A stretch of 64,000 bases of DNA, taken from positions 416,001 to 480,000 of the forward strand of contig JBKBWQ010000001.1 in NCBI GenBank assembly GCA_046314355.1. Reading direction: 5' to 3'. Shown here one piece after another: positions 51,678-61,468 of this stretch. How positions within the stretch are numbered: position 1 is the first letter of the stretch; every line of letters starts with the position of its first letter. The position numbers and the translations under genes are program-made. Under the pieces are notes generated by a model. It had not been told where the DNA came from and did not search any database. It worked only from the letters and a program-made list of their open reading frames with translations. The DNA is from Candidatus Altimarinota bacterium (GTDB lineage: Bacteria; Patescibacteriota; Gracilibacteria; 1-14-2-50-48-13).

Positions 51678-52649
51678 TTACATCTTACTCACATGATTGT
51701 AAATCGCATTCACGGCAATCACTCCCTCACTCATCGCAGGAAGCACCTGTCTAAACTTATTTGAACCAGTGGTAAAATCCCCTGCGGCAAATACACCTGG
51801 GATATTAGTAGATTGATCAGCATTTACCTTTACATAATTGTATTCATCAAGCTCCACTCCAAGCTGGTTTGGGAGATCCACTATAGGATCTGAGCCGATC
51901 TCGACAAATACACCATGGAGACTAATCTTATTCACATCTGAGCGATCCACACCTGCATCTTTGTTATGAATGCCATCATGACCATCCCATGGCTTCTTAA
52001 GAGAGATTGATACTACTTTTCCATCTACTCCATCGATAGAAGCAACTTCATTCTCCATCACAAAATGCACATTTGGAAAAGCCTTTGTCATATCCACCCA
52101 TGTGGGCTCAGCTCTAAAACATGATCCTCTATGAATTATGTATACATTCTGTGCTATACCAGCCAGCAAGTATGCTGCTTCTAGAGCACTATCCCCTCCT
52201 CCGATCACCGCTACATCTTTTTTCTTATAAAAAAATGCATCACACGTTGCACACCATGTGACTCCTTTTCCTTCAAACTCATTCTCACCAGGAATACCAA
52301 GCCTTCTGTACTTTGTCCCCAGTGCAAGCAATACAGATTTAGACTTGAACATATCTCCATTGGAATCCAGAAGCGTAAATACACCATCTTCACCTCTTTC
52401 AATACTACGTATCATACTTGTCTTTACTCCATCAGGATTAAATTTCTGCACATGATGCAAAAACTTGTCTCCAAGATCAAATCCTGAAATCTCCTCAAGT
52501 CCCGGATAATTATCCACGAGATGAGATGTAGAAATAAGCCCGCCAGGAAGCTTACCAAATACCAAGTGACTAAGTTTATAGCGGGATGCATATATGCTTG
52601 CAGCGACACCAGCAGGACCGAAGCCGATAATAATAAGATCGTATATCAT
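51678..52649 (-). CDS. trxB: Thioredoxin reductase
   Basis: IIGFGPAG, NYPG, CATCD, IGGGDSA, HR, GVFAAGD. Confidence 0.93.
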   Translation of the reverse strand: MIYDLIIIGFGPAGVAASIYASRYKLSHLVFGKLPGGLISTSHLVDNYPGLEEISGFDLGDKFLHHVQKFNPDGVKTSMIRSIERGEDGVFTLLDSNGDMFKSKSVLLALGTKYRRLGIPGENEFEGKGVTWCATCDAFFYKKKDVAVIGGGDSALEAAYLLAGIAQNVYIIHRGSCFRAEPTWVDMTKAFPNVHFVMENEVASIDGVDGKVVSISLKKPWDGHDGIHNKDAGVDRSDVNKISLHGVFVEIGSDPIVDLPNQLGVELDEYNYVKVNADQSTNIPGVFAAGDFTTGSNKFRQVLPAMSEGVIAVNAIYNHVSKM

Positions 52650-52754
52650 GATAAAGTTATTTTTAAGTGAATAGTTTTATTTTAGAGAAAAAACTGAAGA
52701 ATGAAACCGGAAATATGCATTTCTGCTACTAAATGAGCCGATTATTAAAAACAG

Positions 52755-52894
52755 AAACCACCGTCTCGGGATTTTTAAGGGGAGAAACCATCTGATGACA
52801 GTTCGAAGCCACTTAAGTTTCCTAGATGGTTTTTCTCCCCTTAAAGACTTTTGGTTACTTTTGGTCACAAAAGTGACGCCCCACCGGCAAGGTG
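52755..52894. repeat. Multi-hairpin REP/MITE-like structured element
   Basis: Stems 52774-52793/52824-52845, gttacttttg/caaaagtgac (52854-52877), cacc/ggtg (52882-52894). Confidence 0.6.
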
Positions 52895-52978
52895 AAGAAC
52901 GTTCAATTACACCATTTCTTCCCAGCACTCTTAAACATTAACTACACAGATAAAGAACAAGACACACACAGAATTACA

Positions 52979-53057
52979 CCTTAATTCTTATCCTTATCCC
53001 TATCCTCAATTCTTTTCAGCTCAAGGATAAGGATAATGATGAGGATAAGAATTAAGG
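52979..53057. repeat. Family A hexamer palindrome, gene-less copy
   Basis: ccttaattcttatcct (52979-52994) is the reverse complement of 53042-53057; central agctc as at 432-436. Confidence 0.9.
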
Positions 53058-53084
53058 TCACATACATTTAGCTCAAAGGAAAAA

Positions 53085-53528
53085 TTATTTCCATAGCTCC
53101 TCCATCTCCTTCTTAAATTCATCCACATCTTTAAATCTTCTATACACGGAAGCAAAACGAATATATGCCACCTCATCGATAGCTTTAAGACCTTCCATAA
53201 TATCTTCACCTATCTGTCTCGAAGGTACCTCATCCTCTAGTCCCCACTTCTCTTCAAGTCTCGCCACAAGGTCAGAAACCTGGGCAACGCTTACCGGACG
53301 TTTTGTACATGCTCTCCAGATTCCCTCTTCGACTTTTTCTCTTTTATACGGCTCCCGTGTGCCATCCTTTTTCACTACCACAAAAGAAGACATTTCCGCC
53401 TTTTCATAAGTGGTAAAACGAAATCCGCACTTATCACATTCTCTTCGTCTGCGGATAGCACGGTCGCTATCCACCACTCGTGAGTCGAGTACCTTTGTAT
53501 CGCTATTCGTGCATTTAGGACATTTCAT
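53085..53528 (-). CDS. nrdR: Transcriptional repressor NrdR
   Basis: MKCPKC..KVLDSR..IRRRREC..RFTTYE; ATP cone; VAYIRFASVY. Confidence 0.98.
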   Translation of the reverse strand: MKCPKCTNSDTKVLDSRVVDSDRAIRRRRECDKCGFRFTTYEKAEMSSFVVVKKDGTREPYKREKVEEGIWRACTKRPVSVAQVSDLVARLEEKWGLEDEVPSRQIGEDIMEGLKAIDEVAYIRFASVYRRFKDVDEFKKEMEELWK

Positions 53529-53551
53529 AGTAGTGTTGGATCAAAAATAGT

Positions 53552-54811
53552 CTACATTTCACGTGTTATACGTGCTCCGAGCTTTGTTAGTTTACATTCA
53601 AAGTTCTCATATCCCCGGTCAATATACTTGATCTCGGCCACCTCAGTAGTCCCTTCAGCTGCAAGTCCCGCAAGTACCATAGCTGTTCCAGCACGCAGAT
53701 CCCAGCTAGTCACAAGAGTTCCCCGAAGCTTCGCAGGTCCAACTATAATTGCCTCGTGATTATTGATAATCTCAGCGTTTACTCTCATTTTTTCAAGCTC
53801 AACAATATAATTGAGACGAGACTCAAACATAGTTTCAAAAATTCTTGAAATACCTTCTGCCTGCGTAAGCAATACTGCCATTGGTGCCAAAAGATCTGTA
53901 GGAAAATCAGGAAACACAGCAGAACGTACTTTTTTTACAGCAAATAGCTTTTCTGTTGGAAATATCTCTACATAGTCATCTCCAAGTTCAAATTTCGCTC
54001 CCATTTCCTCAAGGAAAACCCAAAAGATATCAAGATGATCGGGAACAATATTTTCAATTTTTACATGTCCTTTAGTGACCAGTGCTGCTATCACAAAAGT
54101 ACCTACTTCAATATAGTCAGGGGTCACAGTATGTTCCGCACCATGGAGTTCAGATACACCTTCAATAGTCAGTACATTTGTACCGATACCGCTGATCTTT
54201 GCTCCCATTTTATTCAAAAACATACAGAGATCTTGAACATGTGGTTCTGTAGGTACTTGTCTCATTTCAGTCATTCCATCGGCCATAACAGCGGCAATAA
54301 TAGCATTTTCTGCTCCTGTAACACTCATTTCAAGAAGTCTCATTTTTCTATTTGCTTTGAGTCCAGTAGTGCGTATATGAATCACTTCTTCAGAGCTTAC
54401 TACCTCTGCGCCCAGATCTTCAAAAGCCCGCAAATGTGTATCTATAGGTCTTTTCCCTATGGAACATCCTCCTGGAAATACTACCTTTGCATCATGTTTT
54501 CTTGCTAGAAGACCTGAGAGAAACAAAAGACTTGTACGAAGCTTCTTTGCATCCTCTCCCATGATCTCCGAAGTTGTAATCTCTCCAGGAGTAATCTTCA
54601 TCGTATTATTCTCAAACTCTACTTTTCCTCCTAAATCCTCAATAATGGAAGCCATGATCCTCACATCTGTGATATCTGGAACATCATGGAGCACACTTGT
54701 CTCCTTTGAGAGAATACTTGCAGCAATTATAGGCAATGCAGCATTTTTAGAACCGCTTATACGTACATTTCCTTCAAGGGGACGCCCTCCCTCTACGATA
54801 AATTTTGACAT
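53552..54811 (-). CDS. murA: UDP-N-acetylglucosamine 1-carboxyvinyltransferase
   Basis: SGSKNAALP, PGGCSIGKRPIDTH, SVTGAEN, FPTDL, DLRAG, IDRGYE. Confidence 0.97.
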   Translation of the reverse strand: MSKFIVEGGRPLEGNVRISGSKNAALPIIAASILSKETSVLHDVPDITDVRIMASIIEDLGGKVEFENNTMKITPGEITTSEIMGEDAKKLRTSLLFLSGLLARKHDAKVVFPGGCSIGKRPIDTHLRAFEDLGAEVVSSEEVIHIRTTGLKANRKMRLLEMSVTGAENAIIAAVMADGMTEMRQVPTEPHVQDLCMFLNKMGAKISGIGTNVLTIEGVSELHGAEHTVTPDYIEVGTFVIAALVTKGHVKIENIVPDHLDIFWVFLEEMGAKFELGDDYVEIFPTEKLFAVKKVRSAVFPDFPTDLLAPMAVLLTQAEGISRIFETMFESRLNYIVELEKMRVNAEIINNHEAIIVGPAKLRGTLVTSWDLRAGTAMVLAGLAAEGTTEVAEIKYIDRGYENFECKLTKLGARITREM

Positions 54812-54894
54812 GAAAAAGGTAAGCTATTGAGACAAATCTTGCATAGCTTACCGTTTAAAATTTTAGCGAGCAAGGAAAAATAAAGGAAAATATT

Positions 54895-57800
54895 TTAGAA
54901 ATTGCTCTCATTACTAATCCGGTTTTGTTTCGCAGTGGAAACATTCTTTTTGACTAGAGTTCCAATACCAGGCTTTATAAGCAGTAAGTCTTCCAGATCA
55001 ACAGCGAGAGAAGGCGCGACTTGGAGTTTATCTATTTCAGCTTTTAAAGATTTATTGATTTCTTCTACCTGAGCTATGTAGGCAGTCCTGAAAGAATCCT
55101 TTTCTTGGGATTCTAATATATATCTTAATTCTCGTACCCTATCTGCTTCTCGAGTAGTATCTTTTCCATCCCTCTGCATGTTTTTATCAATGGCATCCTT
55201 ATGCTTTTCTAACAAAGATGATACCTGTTCCTTATCCTTCAGTAAGGCTTCTATATATTCCACTCTTTTTCCTATTTCAAACTGACTCTTCATGGCATCA
55301 TTTAAGCTTCGGTGCATACGTTTTACAGCGCTCCATTGAGCGTCATTTAAAGCTACAGCTCCCTTCTCTGTCGAAACAGGCACACTTTTGACAGAGACAT
55401 CAGCGGCAGGCTTTTTCCCAAGCTGGCTTCCCAGAAGATCAAATCCCTTAAACACCATATTCTTCTGCAGTACTAGGGATGCAGATATTCTTGAAAGATG
55501 CGAAAGAGCAACTGAAGACTCAGAAAGAGCATTAGGCACGTAAGCTGCTACACTTACTTTTCCAACGAGCTGCGTATTGATTAATGAAGCTCTCCAGGTC
55601 ATTTCCTTTGTAATATCCTCAAGAGTACCAAGATATTCTCCTCCTGCTTCCCAAATGGTCCTTCCTTCTTTTACAGAAAGCACTGTCCCGAAGTTTTGAG
55701 ATGCAATTGCGCTGATCTCGGTAGGAACCATAAATTCCTTCATATTGATCATATCGTAGATATATTTTCCGTTCACTTCCTTCAAAAGCAGAGCTTCATC
55801 CATAGTTCGAAGTCCCATCATAAAGTCATGAAGAGGCATATTCAGATCCATAGAAGTTTTCACGAGACCATACGCTTCAGGATATCGTGTGAAGAATCCA
55901 TACATATCAGCAGCTTTGCCATCCGGGAAGTATGTCTTGATAATTTCAAAGGTTCCTCCATAGCCGTATCCCATATAACTGCCAAAATCAGAATAATAAG
56001 TTGGTATATACTTCTGAAGACGCTGCGTCATTTCCATTTGAGAACTCAACCCAATTCCTGCATAGGAAGAGAGAATCTTTAAAGTACTTTGATTCATTCT
56101 GTTCTGAATAACCAATGCCTTCAGAGCTTCAGTAGGTACCTTATTCAATGCAATTAATTCTGTTTCTGACAAGGACGCAAGTACTAATCTATACTTTTCA
56201 GGAATAACGCGGTCTGTTCCTCCAGTCTCTACTCTACTGAGAATCATGTCTACATGAGCTTTTCTCTGATCCGGCAATGCATCGTACTGCTTTCTGTCCA
56301 AAACTACAGTCTCTACCTTCTGCGGTTTTGTCTCTTGCGGGAAGAGTTTTTCCATCCAGTTCACTCCACCAATAGAGACGGCTACGTTATTCATAAGACT
56401 AATCCAGGCACCTACCATCCTAAATATATCCTTTTTTCTAAGCTCATTAAAAGCTACAATAAAGTGCCCCCTCTCACTAGGAATCATAGTATCAACTCCC
56501 TGAAGAAAGTTTATAGTTGAACGTGCCTGATCCATTACTTTATAGTCCTTTCCGGATAAGGAGAGGATTTTCATTTTATTATCAAGAGAAGCAAACGCTT
56601 CCTGTGTTTTCTTGAATTGAGGTGCATTCTTATCTGTATTGATAAAAATCTGCCTCATATTTTCTGCATTTGTAAGGAGCATATCATGGAGCACTTTTGT
56701 ATCCATATTCTTTGTCAACTCGGGTGACTTCAGTATCTTCAGCTGAGCAAGCGTATTCTGCAGTTCCCCATTTGGAAGAATATTTTTAAGCAAACTCTCA
56801 TATTCATTTTTAAAATCCGCTACATCCTTTTCCACAGTTGCTTCTATATTTCCTATTTTTTCATCAAGCATCACATCTCTACCAAGATTCTCATTCTTAT
56901 TATTTCTTAGGAAATATTCATCCTTCACATCAGCATCATTCAGTGTAAAGGTCTTATTATACTGTTCGAGTACATTTTTCTGCTTTTCTGAAGTAAAAGA
57001 TGATCCTGCCTGAGTAATCACTGTATTTAATCTATCCCGTGCAAGAGTCTCTACGTCTAGATTCTTTTCTTTAGCAAGCTTTAAAACCTGTTCGGAGGCA
57101 CTTCCCTCTCCTTTTACACCTAATGCCGCAATAGTCTCTTTATACACATACTCCATCATATTTTCTTCTCCTTTATACTTATCAGCCATTGCTCTGGAGA
57201 ATTTCTGCTTCTGGTTATCTGCCTTTCCTCCAAGTTTCGTCACTAACTCTTCCACAAGATTTCCAACGATAGCTTGTTTAAAGACTAGTTCTTTATTTTT
57301 TCTGGCAAGAAATCCTTTTTCCTGATCCAAAGCATTAAGCTTTTGAAGTTCATAGTATTTATCTTGGATTCTATCTAGGGCTAACTCAGGGATGAAAGCA
57401 ATTCTCTTTTCCTGTTCCTGTGTAGTTTTGTTTATGGATTCTTGAGTCTGAATTGGAGTTTCTTGAGCATTACTCGTATCATTGATAAGCTTCAAAGTAG
57501 CTTCAAAGGCAGGCAATGTCTCTTTTGGGACATTTACAAACATTTTTGCAATCAAACCGAAAAGTTTCATACCTACATCGGTACGCGCAAGCCACACAGT
57601 CACTTCATTTACAAATTTCTGCACTTCTGCACTGCTTCCCGCATGCTGCTTCAGCATATCTATCAATCCTTGAGAAGTGATTTTATTTCCTATCACCGCT
57701 TGGATAGCTTCATGAAACCCGTACTTCGAAGCTTGAGCAAAGAAATCAAAGGCGTTTTTTACGGGACCTGCAAGGAATGCTCCTGTTTTAACGAGATTTA

Positions 57801-58863
57801 TAGTAAGCATCGCGAAATTATATGCATAATCATGTCCTTTAGCGGCATCCATCGCCTTCGTAAGTGAAGCTATCAATGCACCATCCTCTGTTTTCAGATC
57901 ACCGAATATTTCATACATATCCATTACATCTTTCATTTCTCTCATCTGTTTCTCCTTTTCTTTGAGAAAATCCTCAGCCTTTACATCCTTAGGCAACAGA
58001 TCAGCTAGAGATTCACGTTCCTCTGGAGACAGTGATCTAAATAGCGCAACAGTCTGCTCCATTTTGTGGTAATCACCTACCACTTTATGTATTTCATCCT
58101 TCTTAGGCATTTTTGTGAGCAGTGATTTAAGTCCTGCCTGCCCTTCACTCAAGAAAAATTCCACAAGCTCTTTTTTTCCTTTCTGCGGAGTCATAAAGAG
58201 TTCCTGCGTAAAACTCTCAAATGTCTTAGTTATAGAGCCGAACTTATCATCTCCTTCTTTAATATTGTGGAAAAGCTGTACCGTATCATGGACATTAATA
58301 TTCTTCAAAGTTTTAGCTACTTCTAGCTCAGAGGCTTCAGGAGTCCACCCTACTAGTTTCTTAGCGACCTCCAGTACTTGATTTCCATTATCATACTTTC
58401 CTTCCTTTTGTTCTTTGAAAGCCAAACCTTCCTTTGCATTCTTTAGAATAGTATCAGCTTTACCGCCCTTTTTCCCAAGCTTGTACTGTACACTTACTTT
58501 CATATCCTGAATCTCTTTTTTACTAAACTTTGGATCCTGGCTAAGTACAGCTTCCAGTTCTTCAAAGAGTATCCCGATAGCTTTCTGTGCTTCTACACTT
58601 TCATCAAGATCCTTTTCGTTTGCTTTGATTGCTTCTTTAAAAGTCATATTATCCTTTTGAAAAAACTTCTTCACAAAGACTTTATCAAAAGCAGCTGCAG
58701 CTTTTGGATCCACAGCATCAATTTTCTTTTTAGCAGAAATAAGAGTTCTTTCAACAACTGCAGCCACATCAATATCAGCCTTCTGTTCAACTTTATTAGT
58801 TTCCTTGGAAGTCTCTCCTGAATTTTCAGGATCTAAATATTTTGTGTGTAGGTATTTATTCAT
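54895..58863 (-). CDS. Giant helical hypothetical protein (1322 aa)
   Basis: K/E-rich long ORF, last gene of a 4-gene operon; hairpin at 54819-54853 downstream. Confidence 0.75.
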   Translation of the reverse strand: MNKYLHTKYLDPENSGETSKETNKVEQKADIDVAAVVERTLISAKKKIDAVDPKAAAAFDKVFVKKFFQKDNMTFKEAIKANEKDLDESVEAQKAIGILFEELEAVLSQDPKFSKKEIQDMKVSVQYKLGKKGGKADTILKNAKEGLAFKEQKEGKYDNGNQVLEVAKKLVGWTPEASELEVAKTLKNINVHDTVQLFHNIKEGDDKFGSITKTFESFTQELFMTPQKGKKELVEFFLSEGQAGLKSLLTKMPKKDEIHKVVGDYHKMEQTVALFRSLSPEERESLADLLPKDVKAEDFLKEKEKQMREMKDVMDMYEIFGDLKTEDGALIASLTKAMDAAKGHDYAYNFAMLTINLVKTGAFLAGPVKNAFDFFAQASKYGFHEAIQAVIGNKITSQGLIDMLKQHAGSSAEVQKFVNEVTVWLARTDVGMKLFGLIAKMFVNVPKETLPAFEATLKLINDTSNAQETPIQTQESINKTTQEQEKRIAFIPELALDRIQDKYYELQKLNALDQEKGFLARKNKELVFKQAIVGNLVEELVTKLGGKADNQKQKFSRAMADKYKGEENMMEYVYKETIAALGVKGEGSASEQVLKLAKEKNLDVETLARDRLNTVITQAGSSFTSEKQKNVLEQYNKTFTLNDADVKDEYFLRNNKNENLGRDVMLDEKIGNIEATVEKDVADFKNEYESLLKNILPNGELQNTLAQLKILKSPELTKNMDTKVLHDMLLTNAENMRQIFINTDKNAPQFKKTQEAFASLDNKMKILSLSGKDYKVMDQARSTINFLQGVDTMIPSERGHFIVAFNELRKKDIFRMVGAWISLMNNVAVSIGGVNWMEKLFPQETKPQKVETVVLDRKQYDALPDQRKAHVDMILSRVETGGTDRVIPEKYRLVLASLSETELIALNKVPTEALKALVIQNRMNQSTLKILSSYAGIGLSSQMEMTQRLQKYIPTYYSDFGSYMGYGYGGTFEIIKTYFPDGKAADMYGFFTRYPEAYGLVKTSMDLNMPLHDFMMGLRTMDEALLLKEVNGKYIYDMINMKEFMVPTEISAIASQNFGTVLSVKEGRTIWEAGGEYLGTLEDITKEMTWRASLINTQLVGKVSVAAYVPNALSESSVALSHLSRISASLVLQKNMVFKGFDLLGSQLGKKPAADVSVKSVPVSTEKGAVALNDAQWSAVKRMHRSLNDAMKSQFEIGKRVEYIEALLKDKEQVSSLLEKHKDAIDKNMQRDGKDTTREADRVRELRYILESQEKDSFRTAYIAQVEEINKSLKAEIDKLQVAPSLAVDLEDLLLIKPGIGTLVKKNVSTAKQNRISNESNF

Positions 58864-58870
58864 AGATTGG

Positions 58871-59173
58871 TTATTCTAACTGACCAAGTAATGTTTTCAA
58901 CACGGAATCATCTGAGATCCGTTCTTTATTCTCAAAGGATTTTACGAAGCTTTTTACCTCCTCTTCGTAAGCCTTTACCGCCTTCACAATGTATTCCTGG
59001 TAAAGTTCCTGTCTTACTTTTGCAACATTTAATAGAAACACAGCAATAGCATCCAAAGTGCTTTTAGACTCCGTACGCCTAATCGCTTTTTCCAGAAACG
59101 CTTTTCTTTCTTCTCCGAGAGCAGTTTCCCTTGAAAGAGAGGATAGCAGCTCTTCCTTTTGTACATCTAACAT
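58871..59173 (-). CDS. Small helical protein, paralogue of 59523..59837
   Basis: Shared V.K.E....L..ETAL.E ... TL..I..FL ... L+.QL pattern. Confidence 0.75.
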   Translation of the reverse strand: MLDVQKEELLSSLSRETALGEERKAFLEKAIRRTESKSTLDAIAVFLLNVAKVRQELYQEYIVKAVKAYEEEVKSFVKSFENKERISDDSVLKTLLGQLE

Positions 59174-59182
59174 AGAAGAAAA

Positions 59183-59518
59183 TTAGGAAATGAGTGTAGA
59201 AAGATTATTGAGAAGCGCCTGGATTTTTGGATCTTCAGCTATTTTTTTATCAATAAGATCTTGTGGTGTACCACCAAGCTTTCCCTCTACGCGACGATCA
59301 AGTTCTCTTTTCTTTATTGTCTTCTCAGCTTCTGTAGCACCTTTCATAACTGTATCTAGTAAAGCATGTGCCTTATTCTTCGCAGTATCGACACGGGAAA
59401 GTGCATCGGGAGTATTCCCCTGAGCTTCATTCTTGGATTCGTTAGCTTCAGGCTCCTCCGCCATCCCCTGTTCAGGATTTATAGCTCTGTATTTTGAATA
59501 GTATTTTTTGTATTCCAT
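59183..59518 (-). CDS. Hypothetical protein (111 aa)
   Basis: N-terminus resembles that of the 1322-aa protein. Confidence 0.7.
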   Translation of the reverse strand: MEYKKYYSKYRAINPEQGMAEEPEANESKNEAQGNTPDALSRVDTAKNKAHALLDTVMKGATEAEKTIKKRELDRRVEGKLGGTPQDLIDKKIAEDPKIQALLNNLSTLIS

Positions 59519-59522
59519 ATGT

Positions 59523-59837
59523 TTATTGTAATTGATTCATAAGTTTTTGCAGCTCATCCTTCTGGATCTTCTGATAATCCAGTTCGATTTCTTTGAGCAT
59601 TTTTTTTGATTCTTCCTGATAGACCTTCTCTACACTTGAGACTACACCATTCTCTACCCGGATTCTTTCCTGTTTTAGAGCCTCCAGAAAGGTCTTGATA
59701 GATTCAAGAGTCGCCATGTCCTGCGTTTTTTCCACGACGCTTTTAATACTAAAATGCTTCGCTTCAGTAAGAGCAGTCTCATGATCGAGCAGATCCATGA
59801 CTTCTTGTTTTGCTACTTCTACTGCAAAGAGCTCCAT
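59523..59837 (-). CDS. Small helical protein (104 aa)
   Basis: ATG 59837 (MELFAV); the track's longer start runs into the repeat element. Confidence 0.75.
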   Translation of the reverse strand: MELFAVEVAKQEVMDLLDHETALTEAKHFSIKSVVEKTQDMATLESIKTFLEALKQERIRVENGVVSSVEKVYQEESKKMLKEIELDYQKIQKDELQKLMNQLQ

Positions 59838-59897
59838 GAAAAAGTAAGAAAAATGTATGATTCCTAGTATTATAGCACGGCAAGGTGGATATGGGCA

Positions 59898-60075
59898 AGG
59901 AAGGAAGGAATAAAGTAAATAAGTAAAAGAGTAATTCAGTAATTGGGCGCACATTATTGGACTCCTATCATTGGGCTGCAATTATTGGGGCACAGTGATG
60001 TGCGCCCAATTATTGAGCCTAATTACCGAGCCCAAATTACTTACTTACCAATTACTCTCTTACTTTCCTTATTTT
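59898..60075. repeat. Family B element with internal ~14-bp unit array (copy 1)
   Basis: ttgggcgcacatta/ttggactcctatca/ttgggctgcaatta/ttggggcacagtga/tgtgcgcccaatta/ttgagcctaatta/ccgagcccaaatta between octamer arms. Confidence 0.9.
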
Positions 60076-60277
60076 CCCCCGAAATTCTCTTGCAAAAATC
60101 TAAAAAAAACGTACTATCTCTCCTATATGTTCTCGCAACTCTTCCGTGTTTTCATTATAACAACAGGTTATCGTGAAAAGAAAGGACCTGTTGTATGAGT
60201 CATATACCAGCCACATTCTAAGCGATATTTTTCGCTTCTTGTTTGGTTCATAATTTATTCTTTTTCCTCAAAAAATT

Positions 60278-60886
60278 ATGGAAATGATTGCAACTGTTCA
60301 TCCACATAGCGGTGAACTCACTGGTGATGTTATTACTCGAAAAGAGCTCTATGCAGAGAAGAAGTGGTGTAGAACTACAAATATCTTTATTTTCAATAGT
60401 GATGGTCATGTACTTTGCCATCAGAGATCTATGGACAAAGAGGTTTTTCCGGGAGTATGGTTTACACATACTGGGGGTCATGTAGGTGCAGATGAGAGTT
60501 TTGAAAGCAACGCGATGAAAGAACTTGAAGAGGAGGCTGGAATTGCAATTAGCGAAGATATGCTTATACCATGGAGAACAACGAGAAAGGATTCACACAG
60601 ATTCTGGATTAGAGAATTCGTAGTCGTTGTTGATGTGGCAGCAAGTGATCTTGTTCCTCAGCCTGGTGAAGTAGAAGAGTTTCAGTGGTTAAGTATTGAC
60701 GATATCATTAACAATCAGAAAAACTTCCCTGAACTATGGGTCGCAGGAACTCATGACTTTATTACAGAGTACAACTGTATGAGAGCTATTCTTTCAGCTT
60801 TTTCACACAAGAAGCATCTCAATGATGTACATCACTCAATGAAAGAATGGGGCGGTACTATAGGAACTCCAGGACTTGTATTCTAA
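60278..60886 (+). CDS. NUDIX hydrolase (IDI type 1 / YfcD-like)
   Basis: IFIFNSDG..LCHQRS..K..FPG.W...GGHVGADE..AMKELEEEAGI; QPGEV. Confidence 0.85.
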   Translation: MEMIATVHPHSGELTGDVITRKELYAEKKWCRTTNIFIFNSDGHVLCHQRSMDKEVFPGVWFTHTGGHVGADESFESNAMKELEEEAGIAISEDMLIPWRTTRKDSHRFWIREFVVVVDVAASDLVPQPGEVEEFQWLSIDDIINNQKNFPELWVAGTHDFITEYNCMRAILSAFSHKKHLNDVHHSMKEWGGTIGTPGLVF

Positions 60887-60895
60887 TAAAAAAGA

Positions 60896-61432
60896 TTAAT
60901 TCTTTTTAAAGAAATTACCAAAGGCAGCACGGGAAGCAACGCGTACTGCTTTTTTTTGCGATGCAGCACGGAGAAAATCCGTCACTTGAGTACTCTCCCG
61001 GAGCAGTTCATCTATTTTTGCCTGAGATACGCCCCTCTTTCTTGCTTCTTCGATAAGCTTATTCGTATTTGCTTCAAAGTATTTCAGAGATTTCGTATTT
61101 GATTGGCTAAAGAGATCCGCAATATCTCCAATCACAGGTATAAATCCATACCCAAGGTCAATCGCCTGATGTTTAAATATTTTCCACATGTCAGCAGTGG
61201 AGAGCTTTGCTTTTTTTGCTTCGTAAAACAAGTATGCAGATGCAAGAATAGCAACTCCCGCATCTCCGACAGCTGGGATAAGACCTAGAAGAAAGTCCAC
61301 TCCCTTTTTATCCATGATATTTGCAAAAAGTCTTACTCTTTCCTCTGCACTCTTTGCATGAGCAATTTGTGTTAAAATTCTTTCATGTTCATGATCCCAG
61401 ATCTCTGGTGTAATAATTTCTTTATTAGACAT
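60896..61432 (-). CDS. DUF4112-like membrane protein
   Basis: GVDFLLGLIPAVGD ... IDLGYGFIPVIGDIADLF..N. Confidence 0.8.
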   Translation of the reverse strand: MSNKEIITPEIWDHEHERILTQIAHAKSAEERVRLFANIMDKKGVDFLLGLIPAVGDAGVAILASAYLFYEAKKAKLSTADMWKIFKHQAIDLGYGFIPVIGDIADLFSQSNTKSLKYFEANTNKLIEEARKRGVSQAKIDELLRESTQVTDFLRAASQKKAVRVASRAAFGNFFKKN

Positions 61433-61462
61433 TTGACAGAAATTAATGATGTAGGGTAAAAT
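61433..61462 (+). promoter_or_regulatory. Sigma70 promoter for candidate ncRNA
   Basis: TTGACA-18 nt-TAAAAT, pointing antisense to the flanking genes. Confidence 0.65.
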
Positions 61463-61468
61463 ATTATT

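Noticed and set aside
52677-53209. 83-aa and 62-aa ORFs
   Set aside because: They translate the hairpin and hexamer elements or overlap nrdR out of frame; no protein motifs.
38633-58863. Prophage or classical T3SS/T6SS/T7SS locus
   Set aside because: No integrase, terminase, capsid or secretion ATPase; the orphan genes are interspersed with housekeeping genes.
59838-60176. ORFs 59943..60176, the 5' part of 59971..60198 and the extension of 59523..59981
   Set aside because: Read-through of the family B repeat; paralogue alignment supports the start at 59837.
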